64,000 bases of DNA from Planctomycetota bacterium (GCA_031409275.1 JANNXA010000014.1:64001-128000); one strand, 5' to 3'; counted from the first letter of the stretch, positions 52,916 to 63,528 are shown. The notes: generated from the sequence alone by a model not told the origin. A program made the numbers and translations.

Positions 52916-55851
52916 CGATCGACTCCCAACAACCCGAAGCCGCGCACATCCTCCGCGCTGAGCGGAACGCGCAGCACGCGCAGCAGCTCCTGCGCATCGA
53001 GGAAGCGGGCGCCTTCGTGCGAGACGTCCTTCAGGCGCCGACCATCGGGGTCGCTCATGCGATCGAGCGGGAACTCCTCGAGCACGAGGTCGCGCACGCG
53101 CAGCCCCTCGCCGAACAACGGGCCGATGATCAGCGGCTTGTCGCTCGACGAGGTGTCGAGCACGGATGCGGCCGAGCGGCCGGCGACGAGCGCGCTGCGG
53201 CGCAGGAACGGCGGGTTGTACCAGGCGGCCATCACCAGCCGGAACGCTCCGTCCGGCATCGGCTCCGCCGCGACGATCTTCGGCGACTCGGGATCGGTGA
53301 TGCGCACGATCGCGACCGCTCCCGGCGTCATCGTCTCCTCGATCGGCTGCACCGCGAAGCAGGCGTAGTCGTGCTCCTGCGTCGGCAGGTCGCCACCAGG
53401 ACTGCCAAGGTCGAATCGCGACAGCACCTGCACGTCGAGCACCCGGTTGGTGCTCTCCGGTCGGGCCGACGTCGCCGGCGACTCGACGCGCACCTCGGGC
53501 GGCGGGAAGAGCCGCTCCGGCTGGGTCGGTTCGGTCACATCGAAGAGGAAGAAGCCTTGCAGACCGCCGGCGACCGCCGCGATCTTGCGCGCCTCGGTGC
53601 GTTGACCGAGTCCATCGTCGGGGCGCGCGTACTGGAAGAGGACCTTCACCGCGTGGACATCATCCGCGCGAGTCGGGTCGAGGTTCGGATCGAGGTGACC
53701 GACGAGATCGACTTTGCCCGCGGTCGCGACATCGAAGATCTTCACGCCGGCGGCGCCGTCCGCGACGTAGAGGTGCGGCCAGCTCAGATCGAGCCCGACC
53801 GCCTCGTGCGTGGGCAGCTGCGACAGCGCTTTCGGCTTGGCCGGCTCGCTGACGTCGAAAAGGCGCACGCCGCCGCGACCATCGGCGACGTAGAGGACGC
53901 TGCCGCGCACCAGCAAGGCGCGCGGATCCGTCGTCTCCAGGAAGGCGACGCGTTCGGGGAAGGCCGCGCGACGTGCGTCGACGATGGCGACGCCCGCGCC
54001 GGCGATGGCGACGAAGAGCGTCTCGAAGCGCCCCTGCAGGTCGTCGCAGCGCGCCGCGATCGCGACCCCGCCCGGCAGCGCCAGCGATGCAAGCGGGGTC
54101 GACGCGTCGAGATTCTCGCGATCGACCGCGACGAGGTGGACGCCGCGCAGATCGAGGATCGCGGCGACCTCGCGCGACAGCCCGAAGCTCGGAGAGCCGA
54201 GCCCGACCGTGGCCGGCGAGCGGTGGCACTCGACGCAGCCGCGCGCCTGCGCGCGCGTGGTGTGCAGCTGATGATGGATCATCGTCATCCCGGAGAGTCC
54301 GGCGGCGGTCACCGGCAGCTCCTGGTCGAGGACGAGCGCGCCGGTCGCATCGTGAACGCTGCCCATCGTCGAGAAGCCGACCAGGAACGGCGCGACCTTC
54401 CCTTCGTCGTTCCAGCCGAAATAGAAGTGCTTGTAGGTCGCGAACACCTTCTCCTGCGTGGAGCAGCGTCCGGGTGTCCGGTCGCCGGTGACCAGATCGA
54501 GCTGCGAGAAGGATTCGTTGCGGTCGAAGTGGAAACCGAAGAAGTTGGCGTTCCACGCGGCGTGGCAGGTGTAGCACTCCAGCCGCTCGTGTTGCGGCGT
54601 CATCGCGCGCGCCGCCTTCGCGTTGTATTCGGGCCGCGATGGATCGATGACGTGAGTCGCCTGCGGGATGAAGTGGCGCTTGCCGTCGACCTTCGAAACC
54701 AGGTACGTGAGCCCCGCCTCGACGTGCAGATGGTCGAGCTTGCGGCCGCGAGAGGTCGTCAACGAGGAGACCTCGTCGAAGGTGCCGTGGCAGTCGGTGC
54801 ACTCGATCTCGACGGCGTGCTCCATGAAGCCCCAGATCTCGCCATCCCCCATCACGTCGCGCACGGTGTGGCAATCGACGCAGTGCATGCCGCGTTCATG
54901 GTGGACATCGGGCGGGACGATCGAGCGGTCGTTCACGTAGAAGACGCCGTTCTGCAGCGCCGCGGTCGTTCCGGGCACTTCCGGTCCCGCCGGCATTCCG
55001 GGCGCGAGCTGCGCCAGGCCGCGAAACTGCAGCCCGATCGAGGCGTCGCCGTAGTGGCAGTGCACGCAGGTCTGCGTCGGCGGCGCCGACACCATCGCGT
55101 GGCGCTCGGGATGACCGGGCTCGAAACGGTCGACGGTCGGATCGGCGCTGCGAGAGATGCCGTCGTCAGCGTAGGTCACGTGGCACGCGGAGCAGCCGGC
55201 TCCGCGGTAGTTGCCGTCCTGGCCGAGGCGGCCGCGCACGGCGGTGCCGCCCCCCCATAGATGGCATTGCATGCAGCTCTTGCGGCCAAGGTCGGTGACG
55301 TGACCCGCCAGCGAATCGCGACGCGTCGGGTCGTCGGCGAGCGGGAACCCGGGCAGCTCGGCGTAGGCCCCGTTGGGGCGACTGCGATCGCGATCGACCA
55401 CCGGGAAGATGCTGTAGCGGGTCCGGCGCTCCTTGCTGAGGCCGTTCTCGTAGAGGCTGTCGGAAAGGTGGCCGGCCGTCGTGCAATGCAGCGACTTCAG
55501 CAGGTTCTCGCAGTCGTTCGTGTGGCAGCTGCCGCAGACGCGGCTGGCCACGCGCAGGTCGCCCGGATTGACGAACTGGATCCAGGCTGGATCGTAGTCG
55601 AGCGGCAGCAGCCGCTCGTCGTTGGGCGGCGTCGCGCGCGGCTTCACGTGCGCTTGGACCTTCGTCGTCGCCTTCGCGTCGCCGCCGTGGCACGCCGTGC
55701 AGGTCAGCGGCTGCCAGGGGTGCATCTCCTCGATGCCGCCGTGACACGCCGAGCAGCCCTCCGCTTCCGGCCCCTTCGGTTGCTGGGCGCGCGCGGCCGG
55801 CAGCAGAGCGAGCAGGAGCGTCGCGCTCCACGCGACGACGCGGGTCGCCAT
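52912..55851 (-). CDS. Decaheme cytochrome c fused to LVIVD-repeat beta-propeller
   Basis: Signal ending ARA-Q; 10 CxxCH (CSACH, CTACH, CGSCH, CMQCH, CSACH, CVHCH, CVDCH, CTDCH, CYTCH, CVECH); LYVADG..GV..FDV repeats. Confidence 0.88.
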   Translation of the reverse strand: MATRVVAWSATLLLALLPAARAQQPKGPEAEGCSACHGGIEEMHPWQPLTCTACHGGDAKATTKVQAHVKPRATPPNDERLLPLDYDPAWIQFVNPGDLRVASRVCGSCHTNDCENLLKSLHCTTAGHLSDSLYENGLSKERRTRYSIFPVVDRDRSRPNGAYAELPGFPLADDPTRRDSLAGHVTDLGRKSCMQCHLWGGGTAVRGRLGQDGNYRGAGCSACHVTYADDGISRSADPTVDRFEPGHPERHAMVSAPPTQTCVHCHYGDASIGLQFRGLAQLAPGMPAGPEVPGTTAALQNGVFYVNDRSIVPPDVHHERGMHCVDCHTVRDVMGDGEIWGFMEHAVEIECTDCHGTFDEVSSLTTSRGRKLDHLHVEAGLTYLVSKVDGKRHFIPQATHVIDPSRPEYNAKAARAMTPQHERLECYTCHAAWNANFFGFHFDRNESFSQLDLVTGDRTPGRCSTQEKVFATYKHFYFGWNDEGKVAPFLVGFSTMGSVHDATGALVLDQELPVTAAGLSGMTMIHHQLHTTRAQARGCVECHRSPATVGLGSPSFGLSREVAAILDLRGVHLVAVDRENLDASTPLASLALPGGVAIAARCDDLQGRFETLFVAIAGAGVAIVDARRAAFPERVAFLETTDPRALLVRGSVLYVADGRGGVRLFDVSEPAKPKALSQLPTHEAVGLDLSWPHLYVADGAAGVKIFDVATAGKVDLVGHLDPNLDPTRADDVHAVKVLFQYARPDDGLGQRTEARKIAAVAGGLQGFFLFDVTEPTQPERLFPPPEVRVESPATSARPESTNRVLDVQVLSRFDLGSPGGDLPTQEHDYACFAVQPIEETMTPGAVAIVRITDPESPKIVAAEPMPDGAFRLVMAAWYNPPFLRRSALVAGRSAASVLDTSSSDKPLIIGPLFGEGLRVRDLVLEEFPLDRMSDPDGRRLKDVSHEGARFLDAQELLRVLRVPLSAEDVRGFGLLGVDR

Positions 55852-55859
55852 CGCGCGGC

Positions 55860-57020
55860 TCAGGAAAAGAGCCGCGGCAGCAGTCGCCCGCGAGCGAGCG
55901 GCGACTCGACGCCGAGCAGCTTGCAGACGGTCGGACAGACGTCGATGGTGCTGCAATCGGTCGCGATCGTCTTGCCCGCCTTGAAGTCGGGGCCCCACGC
56001 GACGCATGCCACCTTGTTCAGCTCGTCGGACGCATCGCCGTGGTCAAGGCCGTTGCGCTGGTTCAGGTTCTTGTCGCGGCCGAACTCCGGCAGGACGAGG
56101 ATCGACGTCGAATCGCGCAGCTGCGCGTCACCGAGTACGGTGTCGAGGATGCGGCCGAGCTCCTGATCGTTGCGCTTGATCACATCGACGTACGCGTTGA
56201 AGGAGCCGTGCGCGACGTCCGCATTCGTGAGCGAGACGCACGACAGCACCGGTCGGAAGATCTGCAGGATGTTGCCCGCGATGCGCAGCGCCTTGGCGTC
56301 ACCGGAACCTGGTCCGGTGAGGCTCACGGTCTCGCTCTGCGTGATCTCGTCGACGATGTACTTCTCGACGCGCGCGGCCGTGACCTCGTCGTTCAGCGCG
56401 GGACCGGTGACCCCGTCGCCGATCGCGCCACGCAAGCGATTCAACGCCGCGTACGCCTTCGGATCATCGGCGCGCGGCGTCCCGAACTGGCCGAGCACCT
56501 CGCGGAACTCCTGGTTGAAGATGCCCTCGCCGTCGATCACGTTCGCGCCGAAGGGAGCGCCCCAGCCGCGATTCAATCCGTACGCGAAGTTGACCCCCTG
56601 TGACCCGTTGTTGGCCGACAGCCAGGCGCCGCTCGCCGGGAGCTTCAGCTCCTTGCGGACGTACTCGAAGATGGTCGGGTTGAAGCCGCGCGAGTTCTCG
56701 CGAATGCCCATGTACTCGGGCACTCCGGTGAGGATCGACAGCGACGCGCCATAGTGGCCTAGATTCGCGGCCGCGCAGTTCGGGAAGACGACGCCCTGCG
56801 CCGCGAGCCGCATCAAGTTCGGCACGTTCGCTGGCGTGCCGATCGTGTCCTTGCTGCGAACGCCGCCGGCGAAGAGGACGAGCACGACCCGCTTCGTCTT
56901 CAGCGCGCCCACCGGCGGCGCCGCGAAGAGGGGGTTGCTGAGGGCGAGCGCGCTGGCCGCGACGGCACCCGCCTGCAGGAACCCGCGGCGCGTCACGGAC
57001 GGCAACGATGGCGTGTCCAC
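55860..57020 (-). CDS. Tat-exported DUF1501/alkaline-phosphatase-superfamily protein
   Basis: Twin-arginine TRRGFLQ; VLVLFAGG; DVAH; LVLPEFGRD..GLDHG. Confidence 0.75.
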   Translation of the reverse strand: MDTPSLPSVTRRGFLQAGAVAASALALSNPLFAAPPVGALKTKRVVLVLFAGGVRSKDTIGTPANVPNLMRLAAQGVVFPNCAAANLGHYGASLSILTGVPEYMGIRENSRGFNPTIFEYVRKELKLPASGAWLSANNGSQGVNFAYGLNRGWGAPFGANVIDGEGIFNQEFREVLGQFGTPRADDPKAYAALNRLRGAIGDGVTGPALNDEVTAARVEKYIVDEITQSETVSLTGPGSGDAKALRIAGNILQIFRPVLSCVSLTNADVAHGSFNAYVDVIKRNDQELGRILDTVLGDAQLRDSTSILVLPEFGRDKNLNQRNGLDHGDASDELNKVACVAWGPDFKAGKTIATDCSTIDVCPTVCKLLGVESPLARGRLLPRLFS

Positions 57021-57030
57021 GGTCAGCTCC

Positions 57031-58152
57031 TCAGTAGGACTGGTACTCGGAATGGGTCAACAACGCGCGCAACACGAGCCTCGCGTCCGCGCCACCCTCG
57101 ATCTCGCGCACGAAGGCGGAACTCTCCGCCGCCGTCGGCGGTCGGGCAAGGAAGTGCAGGAATCGATCGGCCACCTGCTCGGCAGGCGTCGCACCGTTAC
57201 CCAGCGCCCCATCCGCGACGCCGGAGTCGAGCATCATCTTGATCAAGACCGAGCGAAGCGGACGCGAGTCAGAAAGCGCCAGGAGCGCGTTGCGGCAGCG
57301 GCGGAACTCCTGGTAGTCCGGCACGCGGCCGAGCAGATCGGCGTAGAGCGACCGCACGAAGACGCGATCGCTCTTCGGGCGCGGCTGCGCAACGCGCTGC
57401 TCGTACGCGAGCGAGCCGAGCCAGCCAGCGACGAGGTCGGGCCATGACAATGGCTCGTTGCGCAGCCGCTCGGAGTCGGCGGCCAGCCGCTTCTTCGGCG
57501 GCGCGTCGCCGAAGATCGCCGTGAAGCGACGCTCGACGAAGCAGGGCTCACTCTGTGGATGCTCCGCGGCGATGCGCACGAAGTCCGCCTGGCTCGACCC
57601 GCTCTTCCCAAGCACATTCGCCGGGTAGCCGTCGTACATCCGCTTGGCTGCTTCCAGCAGCGCCGGCTCCTTCTGAACGGTGATTCCGAGCAATTGCTCA
57701 AGCACCACGGTCGCGAACGTGTCGTTTCCAGGGTTGCGTGCGTTGAAGAACTGGCTCGAAACGATCTGGCGGAGCATCTCGCGGATGGAGAGCTTGCGTC
57801 CAGCGAGCAACTGCGGGATCGCCGCGAACGCATCGGTCGACGGCCGGAAGTTGTCGATCAACAAAAAGTAGAAGAGCTCTTCTTCGTAGCAGCACTCCGC
57901 TGCGACGAAGCTGGACGAGAACTCACGGATCCACTCGCCGCGCGGCTTGCCTTGAGCGGCCTGCCACTCGGACGGCAGTGGCGTACGGCCAGCGAGGTCG
58001 ACGGTCGCGGCGCGGATGAAGCGACGGTCGAGCGGTGCCAGCGTCAACGACCGCTGCAACTCGGCGCCCGGAGCCTCGAGCGCCGCGGCGGCGATGACAT
58101 CTCGCGGGCCTGGCGCGAAGCGCCGAATCGAGAGGCTGACTGGATCGATCAT
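57031..58152 (-). CDS. DUF1549/DUF1553-like planctomycete protein
   Basis: DRRFIRAATVDLAGRTP and DRVFVRSLYADLLGRVP repeats; C-terminal FLARPPTAAE...ALLTHSEY. Confidence 0.7.
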   Translation of the reverse strand: MIDPVSLSIRRFAPGPRDVIAAAALEAPGAELQRSLTLAPLDRRFIRAATVDLAGRTPLPSEWQAAQGKPRGEWIREFSSSFVAAECCYEEELFYFLLIDNFRPSTDAFAAIPQLLAGRKLSIREMLRQIVSSQFFNARNPGNDTFATVVLEQLLGITVQKEPALLEAAKRMYDGYPANVLGKSGSSQADFVRIAAEHPQSEPCFVERRFTAIFGDAPPKKRLAADSERLRNEPLSWPDLVAGWLGSLAYEQRVAQPRPKSDRVFVRSLYADLLGRVPDYQEFRRCRNALLALSDSRPLRSVLIKMMLDSGVADGALGNGATPAEQVADRFLHFLARPPTAAESSAFVREIEGGADARLVLRALLTHSEYQSY

Positions 58153-58290
58153 CCTCGCCCTCGCTTCGCGTTGCGGTCAGCGACGAACCGGCCTGACGCT
58201 GGAACGATAGCGCTGCCCCCGGCCCTCGCACGCGGTGGAGCGGCGCCATTGGCACCTATCGGCACAGAGCCGCGGCATCAGCAAGGCGTG

Positions 58291-58328
58291 AAAAAAGGAG
58301 GCCCGAGCTCGCAAGCCCGGGCCTCCTT
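58291..58328 (-). terminator. Rho-independent terminator after the 58367-59113 gene
   Basis: AAGGAGGCCCG/CGGGCCTCCTT stem ending in a T6 run on minus strand. Confidence 0.85.
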
Positions 58329-58366
58329 CGTTCACGATTCTCGATGCAATTGACCGGAAGTGCGGC

Positions 58367-59113
58367 TTACGCCTTGGTCACCTTCCGCTCATCAGCCCAC
58401 TTCTTCTTCAGGGCCGCTTCACGCGTCTCGACCGCCTTCATCTGGTCGTTCAGCGCCTTCTCTTCCTTGGCCCATTCCGATTCCTTCGCAACCGTGGACT
58501 TGGCCTTCTTGGTCGCGAGGGCGGAACGCTTCGCCTCGATCTGGTCGATCTCGGTGAGGATGGTCTTGGTCTCCTTCACCACCGTCTCGAGGTCGTTCTT
58601 GTACGTCTTCGCAGCCGCGCGCTTCATCAGCGTGAAGAGCTTCGACGGCGAGATGTCCTGTCCCTCGACCGAGCCGATCTTCGCGCCCGTCGTGTCGACC
58701 ACGACCATGCGCGGCAGCTCCTTGCCGCCGAGGATCTTCCAGTACGGATGGCTGTCGGTGATCTTGTTGCCGTTCAGCTTGATCTGCTGAAACATCGTCG
58801 AGCCGATCTGGACGTTCTCGTCCATCAGCGTCGTCGCTTCGACGTTCTTCATGAACTGCGCGTGGTCCTCGAGCGCGCTGGTCAGGAAGACGATCGCCGG
58901 CTTGCCGGAGTTCTTGTAGCTGTCCGGGAGCGAGGAGTAGAGGCTCTCGGGGTTGAATCCTTCGTAGGAGTTGAACTTGGGCTCATCCCACTTCAACTCG
59001 ATGCGCGCCATACTGGCGCCGCAGCGTCCGCCGCCTCAGCCACCCTTCAGATCGGGCGTCAGGGCGAGGGCGGCCACCACCGCCATCACACCCGCAAGCG
59101 CAAACCTCTTCAT
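58367..59113 (-). CDS. Candidate selenoprotein A (248 aa): signal peptide, U26-x4-C, thioredoxin-like fold, Lys-rich coiled tail
   Basis: AAGGAGAGG SD, ATG 59113, MKRFALAGVMAVVAALALTPDLKGG-TGA(59036-59038)-GGGRCGAS in frame with ORF 58367-59011. Confidence 0.75.
59002..59023 (-). promoter_or_regulatory. bSECIS-like hairpin of candidate selenoprotein A
   Basis: 12 nt after UGA: UGCG(G)CGCCA-GUA-UGGCGCGCA, 9-bp stem with one bulge and G-led loop. Confidence 0.6.
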
Positions 59114-59361
59114 CGATCCTCTCCTTCGTTGGCCACAGCTGAGCGGAGGGGGCATCCGTCCGCGGCTGAGCGATGTCGCTTCGATCGTTGATTACGCCAT
59201 CCCGGCTGAAGCGGCGCAAGGTCCTGTGACCGTCTGCTCCGCGGCGACCGGTGCTCGTCCGCCGAGAATCACCGGCACGCCTGTCCATGCCTTCCATCGT
59301 AAAAGACGATCAAAGAAATTTGTATCTCCATGATGTCTCCAACGAGTCGTCGTTCTCGAAT

Positions 59362-60168
59362 TCAGCCCTTCGCAACCTTGCGGTCGTCGCTGAACTTCTT
59401 CAAGAGCTCGGAATCGCGCGTCTGCACGTCCTGCAAGGCCTTGGCGAGAGCGGCCTCCTCGACACCGATCTCCTGCAGCTTCGCGCCCTTCGCAGTCTTC
59501 TTCTGCTCGACCAGGAGCTTCTGCTTCGCCTCGATCTGGTCCATCTCGTCGAGCAGCGAGCGCGTGTCCTTGACGACCTTGTCGAGGTCGGCTTTGTACG
59601 TCTTGCTTGCAGCCTTCTTCATCGACTTGAAAAGATTCGACGCCGAAAGCTCATTGCCTTCAAGGACGCCCGCCTTCTTGCCGGACGCGTCGATCACGAC
59701 CACGCGCGGCAGCGACTTGCCGCCGAGCGTCGGCCAATGCGGGTGGTCCTTCGAGACCTTGTCGCCCTTCATGCGGACCGCGCGGAAGAGGCGAGCGCCC
59801 ACTGCGACGTTCTCGTCGCCGAAGACAGCCGTTTCGAGCTCGGACATCTTCTTCGCGGCATCGGGCAGATCGGTGCCGAGGAAGAGGACGAGCGGCTTGC
59901 CGACTTCGGTGTACTCGGCCGGGAGGCACGAGAAGAAGTTGGTGGCGTCAACGTGGTCGTAGAGGTTGATCTTCGGCGTCTCCCACTTCATCTGGAGACG
60001 CGCAACGCTCGACGTGCCTTGGCGGGAAATACCGCCGCCGCTACGCATTCCACCACCGGATCGGGCGGCTCCGCCGCCCCCACCGCCGCATCAGCCGCCG
60101 CGAAGGTCGGGAGAGAGTGCGAGAGCGGCCGCGACCGCAATCGCTCCACCGAAAAGCCGGATCCGCAT
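59362..60168 (-). CDS. Candidate selenoprotein B (268 aa): signal peptide, U26-C27, Gly linker, thioredoxin-like fold; paralog of A
   Basis: AGGGAG SD, ATG 60168, MRIRLFGGAIAVAAALALSPDLRGG-TGA(60091-60093)-CGGGGGG in frame with ORF 59362-60048. Confidence 0.75.
60063..60079 (-). promoter_or_regulatory. bSECIS-like hairpin of candidate selenoprotein B
   Basis: 11 nt after UGA: GGGCGGC-GGA-GCCGCCC, perfect 7-bp stem with G-led loop. Confidence 0.6.
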
Positions 60169-60383
60169 GTAACGCTCCCTAAGTCGACTCGGCGCCGCTG
60201 GCGGATCGACATGCTTTCGCCGGGCATCCGGCGCAGCGTCCGATCGACGGCGCAATCGGTCTTTTCATAGCAATGGCACGACGAAAAGTGACGGAGGCGT
60301 GTCAAAGCCGCGTTAGTGCGCATTCAGATCCATCGGTGAGGCTCACGCACCGCAATCGGGTCGTCCGATCCGCGCGCGACCAT

Positions 60384-61607
60384 TCAAGTGGTCGCGAGAA
60401 TTCTTCTCGCCGCGTCGAGCTCGGAGGTCAACGCGTCGACCACGTCCGCGGGCGACGGGCAACCGGGCAGGGTCGGCAGCGTGTAGGTCTCGACCTCGAA
60501 GCAGTCGGTCAGGCCGAGGCGCCGTGAGATCCGCAACGCCTGGATCCACTCGCCTCGCGTCGTCAAGAGTCCATCGACCTGCGCGCGATCGATCGGCACG
60601 TGGTAGTGGACGCGCAGCTCCGCACCGACACTCGCGCCGGCAAACGCGGTGATGCCCTCGTCGAGGTCGAGGTAAGGCGCAACGCGACCGTTCGCCTCGC
60701 GAACGAACGATTGATGCAGCCAGCGCGGCTCGACGAAGCGGCGCAGCGCCGACAACTGCTGGTCGGCCGTCCCGTCGGACCGCGCGACGAGGGCGCTCGA
60801 AAGCTGCATCTTGCCGATACGAACGCCGGCCGCCGCGAGCAGTCCGAGCGCCAGTTCCGGCGCTTCGAACTCGACCGCCTGGTGACAGCAGTCGTAGCAG
60901 AGTCCGAGGTGACGGCGGAGCGCTTCGGACGCCGCCGACGATGCCCCTCCCGCCGCAACGTAGCTCGCGCGCGTCGCGGCGCTCGCGAGCGGACCGCTGA
61001 AGAAGGCGACCGCCTCCGCGGATGTCTCGATCGTGGTGAACGGCTCGGGCTCCAGGCACAGCACCACTTCGCGTCCCGTCTCTTCGAACAAGCGCGCGAG
61101 ACCGGCCGCGACGAGCGCGAGGTTCGAGGCGATCGCGCGATGCACCTCCGGGCCATTGCCGTCGAGCTTGCACGCGCCGGCCAACGTCGAGATCGGGACG
61201 ACGGATCCGGCGGGGACCAACGTCGCCGCGACGCGCGCCGCCTGCAGCGTGAAGTCGACACGCGCCGACTCGAGCCAGCTCGGCCGATAGACGTCGCGCT
61301 TCACCCGTTCGCGGTGGAAACCGCCGAACGGAAAGCAGTTGAACGTGGCGATCGTGAGCCGCCGCTGCGCGAGAAAATCGGCGAAGCGCGCGCATCGATC
61401 GGGCTGCGCCAATTCGGACGCGGTCGCGGCGCTGACGAACAGCCCCACCGGAAACGAGGCGTCGCCGACGAAGCGGCGCGCGACGGGGACCACGAACTCA
61501 TCGAGCGACCGCTCGACCTGCGCCAGGGTCTCACCGGCGTGAACGTTCGTGCAGTAGGTGAGGGTCGCGGCGGCGCGGCGTTCGCCTTGTCCCGTTGCCA
61601 TCTGCAT
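60384..61607 (-). CDS. eboE: EboE-family TIM-barrel protein (start uncertain, 61601-61619)
   Basis: LTYCTNVHAGE, FNCFPFGGFH..VKRDVYRPSW, LEPEP, CYDCCHQAVEFE, RVHYHVP, EVETYT. Confidence 0.85.
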   Translation of the reverse strand: MQMATGQGERRAAATLTYCTNVHAGETLAQVERSLDEFVVPVARRFVGDASFPVGLFVSAATASELAQPDRCARFADFLAQRRLTIATFNCFPFGGFHRERVKRDVYRPSWLESARVDFTLQAARVAATLVPAGSVVPISTLAGACKLDGNGPEVHRAIASNLALVAAGLARLFEETGREVVLCLEPEPFTTIETSAEAVAFFSGPLASAATRASYVAAGGASSAASEALRRHLGLCYDCCHQAVEFEAPELALGLLAAAGVRIGKMQLSSALVARSDGTADQQLSALRRFVEPRWLHQSFVREANGRVAPYLDLDEGITAFAGASVGAELRVHYHVPIDRAQVDGLLTTRGEWIQALRISRRLGLTDCFEVETYTLPTLPGCPSPADVVDALTSELDAARRILATT

Positions 61608-61673
61608 CGCCCGCCTCACGCATCATGCGCGCCTCGTTTCAGCCCCACGCGCGGGCACGTTAGCGTCGCTGCG

Positions 61674-62810
<1,137 letters not shown>

Positions 62811-63528
62811 TGCGCCCGAAGAAGAGGTGTCCCGCCCCTTCGATCGTCTCGACGGCACGCAGGTCGGCGAAGCGCCGCGCGAGGTCGGCGGCGTCCGGCG
62901 GCGCAACGAGTTCGTCTGCGCCTGCGAGCACCAACGCGGCGGGCGCCGCGAGCCGCTCGGGCACGTGGCCGGCGTACTTCGCCATCGTCAGCGGCGGCGC
63001 CACGCCAAGCCATCCCTGCGCGCCGCCTTCCGCTGCGCATTCGAGCGCCCGGATCGAGCCGAAAGAGAAGCCAGCGGCCAGCAGCGTCGCCACCGCCGGC
63101 CAGCGCGCCCGCATCCACTCGGCGACGAGACGGTAGTCCTCCTTCTCGCCGCGCCCGCCGTCGTGAATTCCTTCGCTCTTCCCGACGCCGCGAAAGTCGA
63201 ATCGGGCCACGACGCCACCGGCCACCGCCATCGCGCGAGCGCCATGGACGACGACCGAGTTCTGCATGGTCCCGCCGTGCAGCGGGTGCGGATGGCCGAA
63301 GACGGCGAGGAAGCGCGGAGTCGGGTGCAGACGCGGGTCGGGAAGCTCGAGGCGACCGTCGATGCGACCGCCGGCGCCCGCGAGGTGGAACGGTTCGAGC
63401 GGCGGCAGCGGCTGCATGCGGCGGCGACTCCCATTGCGGCGAAAAGCGTGGCCGAGATTCGGCAGTTGAACGCGGGCCCGCCATTTAGAGACTGAAGTTT
63501 TCTCCCGAGAGCGCCCGATCCCACCCCC

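Noticed and set aside
59036..60093. Genome-wide UGA reassignment (Trp or Gly) as the explanation for the in-frame TGAs
   Set aside because: TGA is the ordinary stop of many conserved genes here (larB, pyrG, kdsB, pyrE, pgsA, ftsK) and of gene B itself, and Trp is encoded by TGG
58367..60168. Pseudogene interpretation of the two paralogs
   Set aside because: The same stop at the same codon in two diverged copies, intact frames, SD sites and a terminator argue against decay; separate 25-aa peptides remain a less likely alternative
60255..60310. TTGACA upstream of candidate selenoprotein B as a sigma70 promoter
   Set aside because: No acceptable -10 hexamer at 16-18 nt spacing
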